NCBI GenBank assembly: GCA_001179505.1
Contig: CDMY01000624.1
Location: 186,001-250,000, forward strand
From: Vitrella brassicaformis CCMP3155
Taxonomy: Eukaryota; Protista; Chromerida
DNA length: 64,000 nt
Reading direction: 5' to 3'
Made by a program: the position numbers and the translations under genes
Notes under the pieces: model-generated
Seen by the model: the letters and a program-made list of their open reading frames with translations, nothing else
What the model was told of the DNA's origin: nothing
The model's database searches: none
Part shown: one piece after another, positions 63,915 to 64,000 of the stretch
Position numbering within the stretch: position 1 is the stretch's first letter
Layout of the letters: each line of letters opens with the position of its first letter

Positions 63915-64000
63915 CAGGACGGACAACATCGGCTGCTGGGTGTGCGTGAGGTGGTGCACAGGGCCCGGCTGGACGAGGCGTCCCAGCATGGCGTGGCGGG

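Noticed and set aside
1-64000. CRISPR array, tRNA, rRNA, transposase or reverse transcriptase
   Set aside because: No regular repeat-spacer array, cloverleaf, rRNA-length homology, or DDE/RT/HUH motifs were seen by eye; tRNAscan-SE and Infernal runs would be needed for full exclusion.

Overview
Eukaryotic, GC-rich, very intron-dense genomic DNA. Introns are GT-AG and most carry (TG)n/(CA)n, (CAGA)n or (GGAT)n microsatellites. The style suggests a chromerid alveolate such as Vitrella; this is inference only. Most short ORFs in the supplied track are splice or microsatellite artefacts, so I rebuilt gene models by joining exons by eye; exon boundaries are approximate. Recognisable genes: TTLL4-like tubulin glutamylase, a secreted PAN/apple + triple H-type-lectin-like protein, low-specificity threonine aldolase, DRP5/ARC5-class dynamin, PDK/BCKDK-family kinase, DPH1, CLEC16A/TT9, a divergent A/B-like cyclin, a PCO/ADO cysteine dioxygenase and PDIA6, plus several hypothetical genes. 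The most unusual system is a three-copy ankyrin-repeat family (28.3-30.3 kb -, 31.4-35.2 kb -, 61.9-63.9 kb +). The copies share an upstream hairpin-rich element and an N-terminal module but carry exchangeable C-termini; one has a split RING finger. Copies 1 and 3 share a ~315-bp identical tract containing an in-frame TAG that is followed by ~69 further coding-like codons. All four assembly gaps are exactly 300 N. I found no rRNA, tRNA, CRISPR array or transposase.
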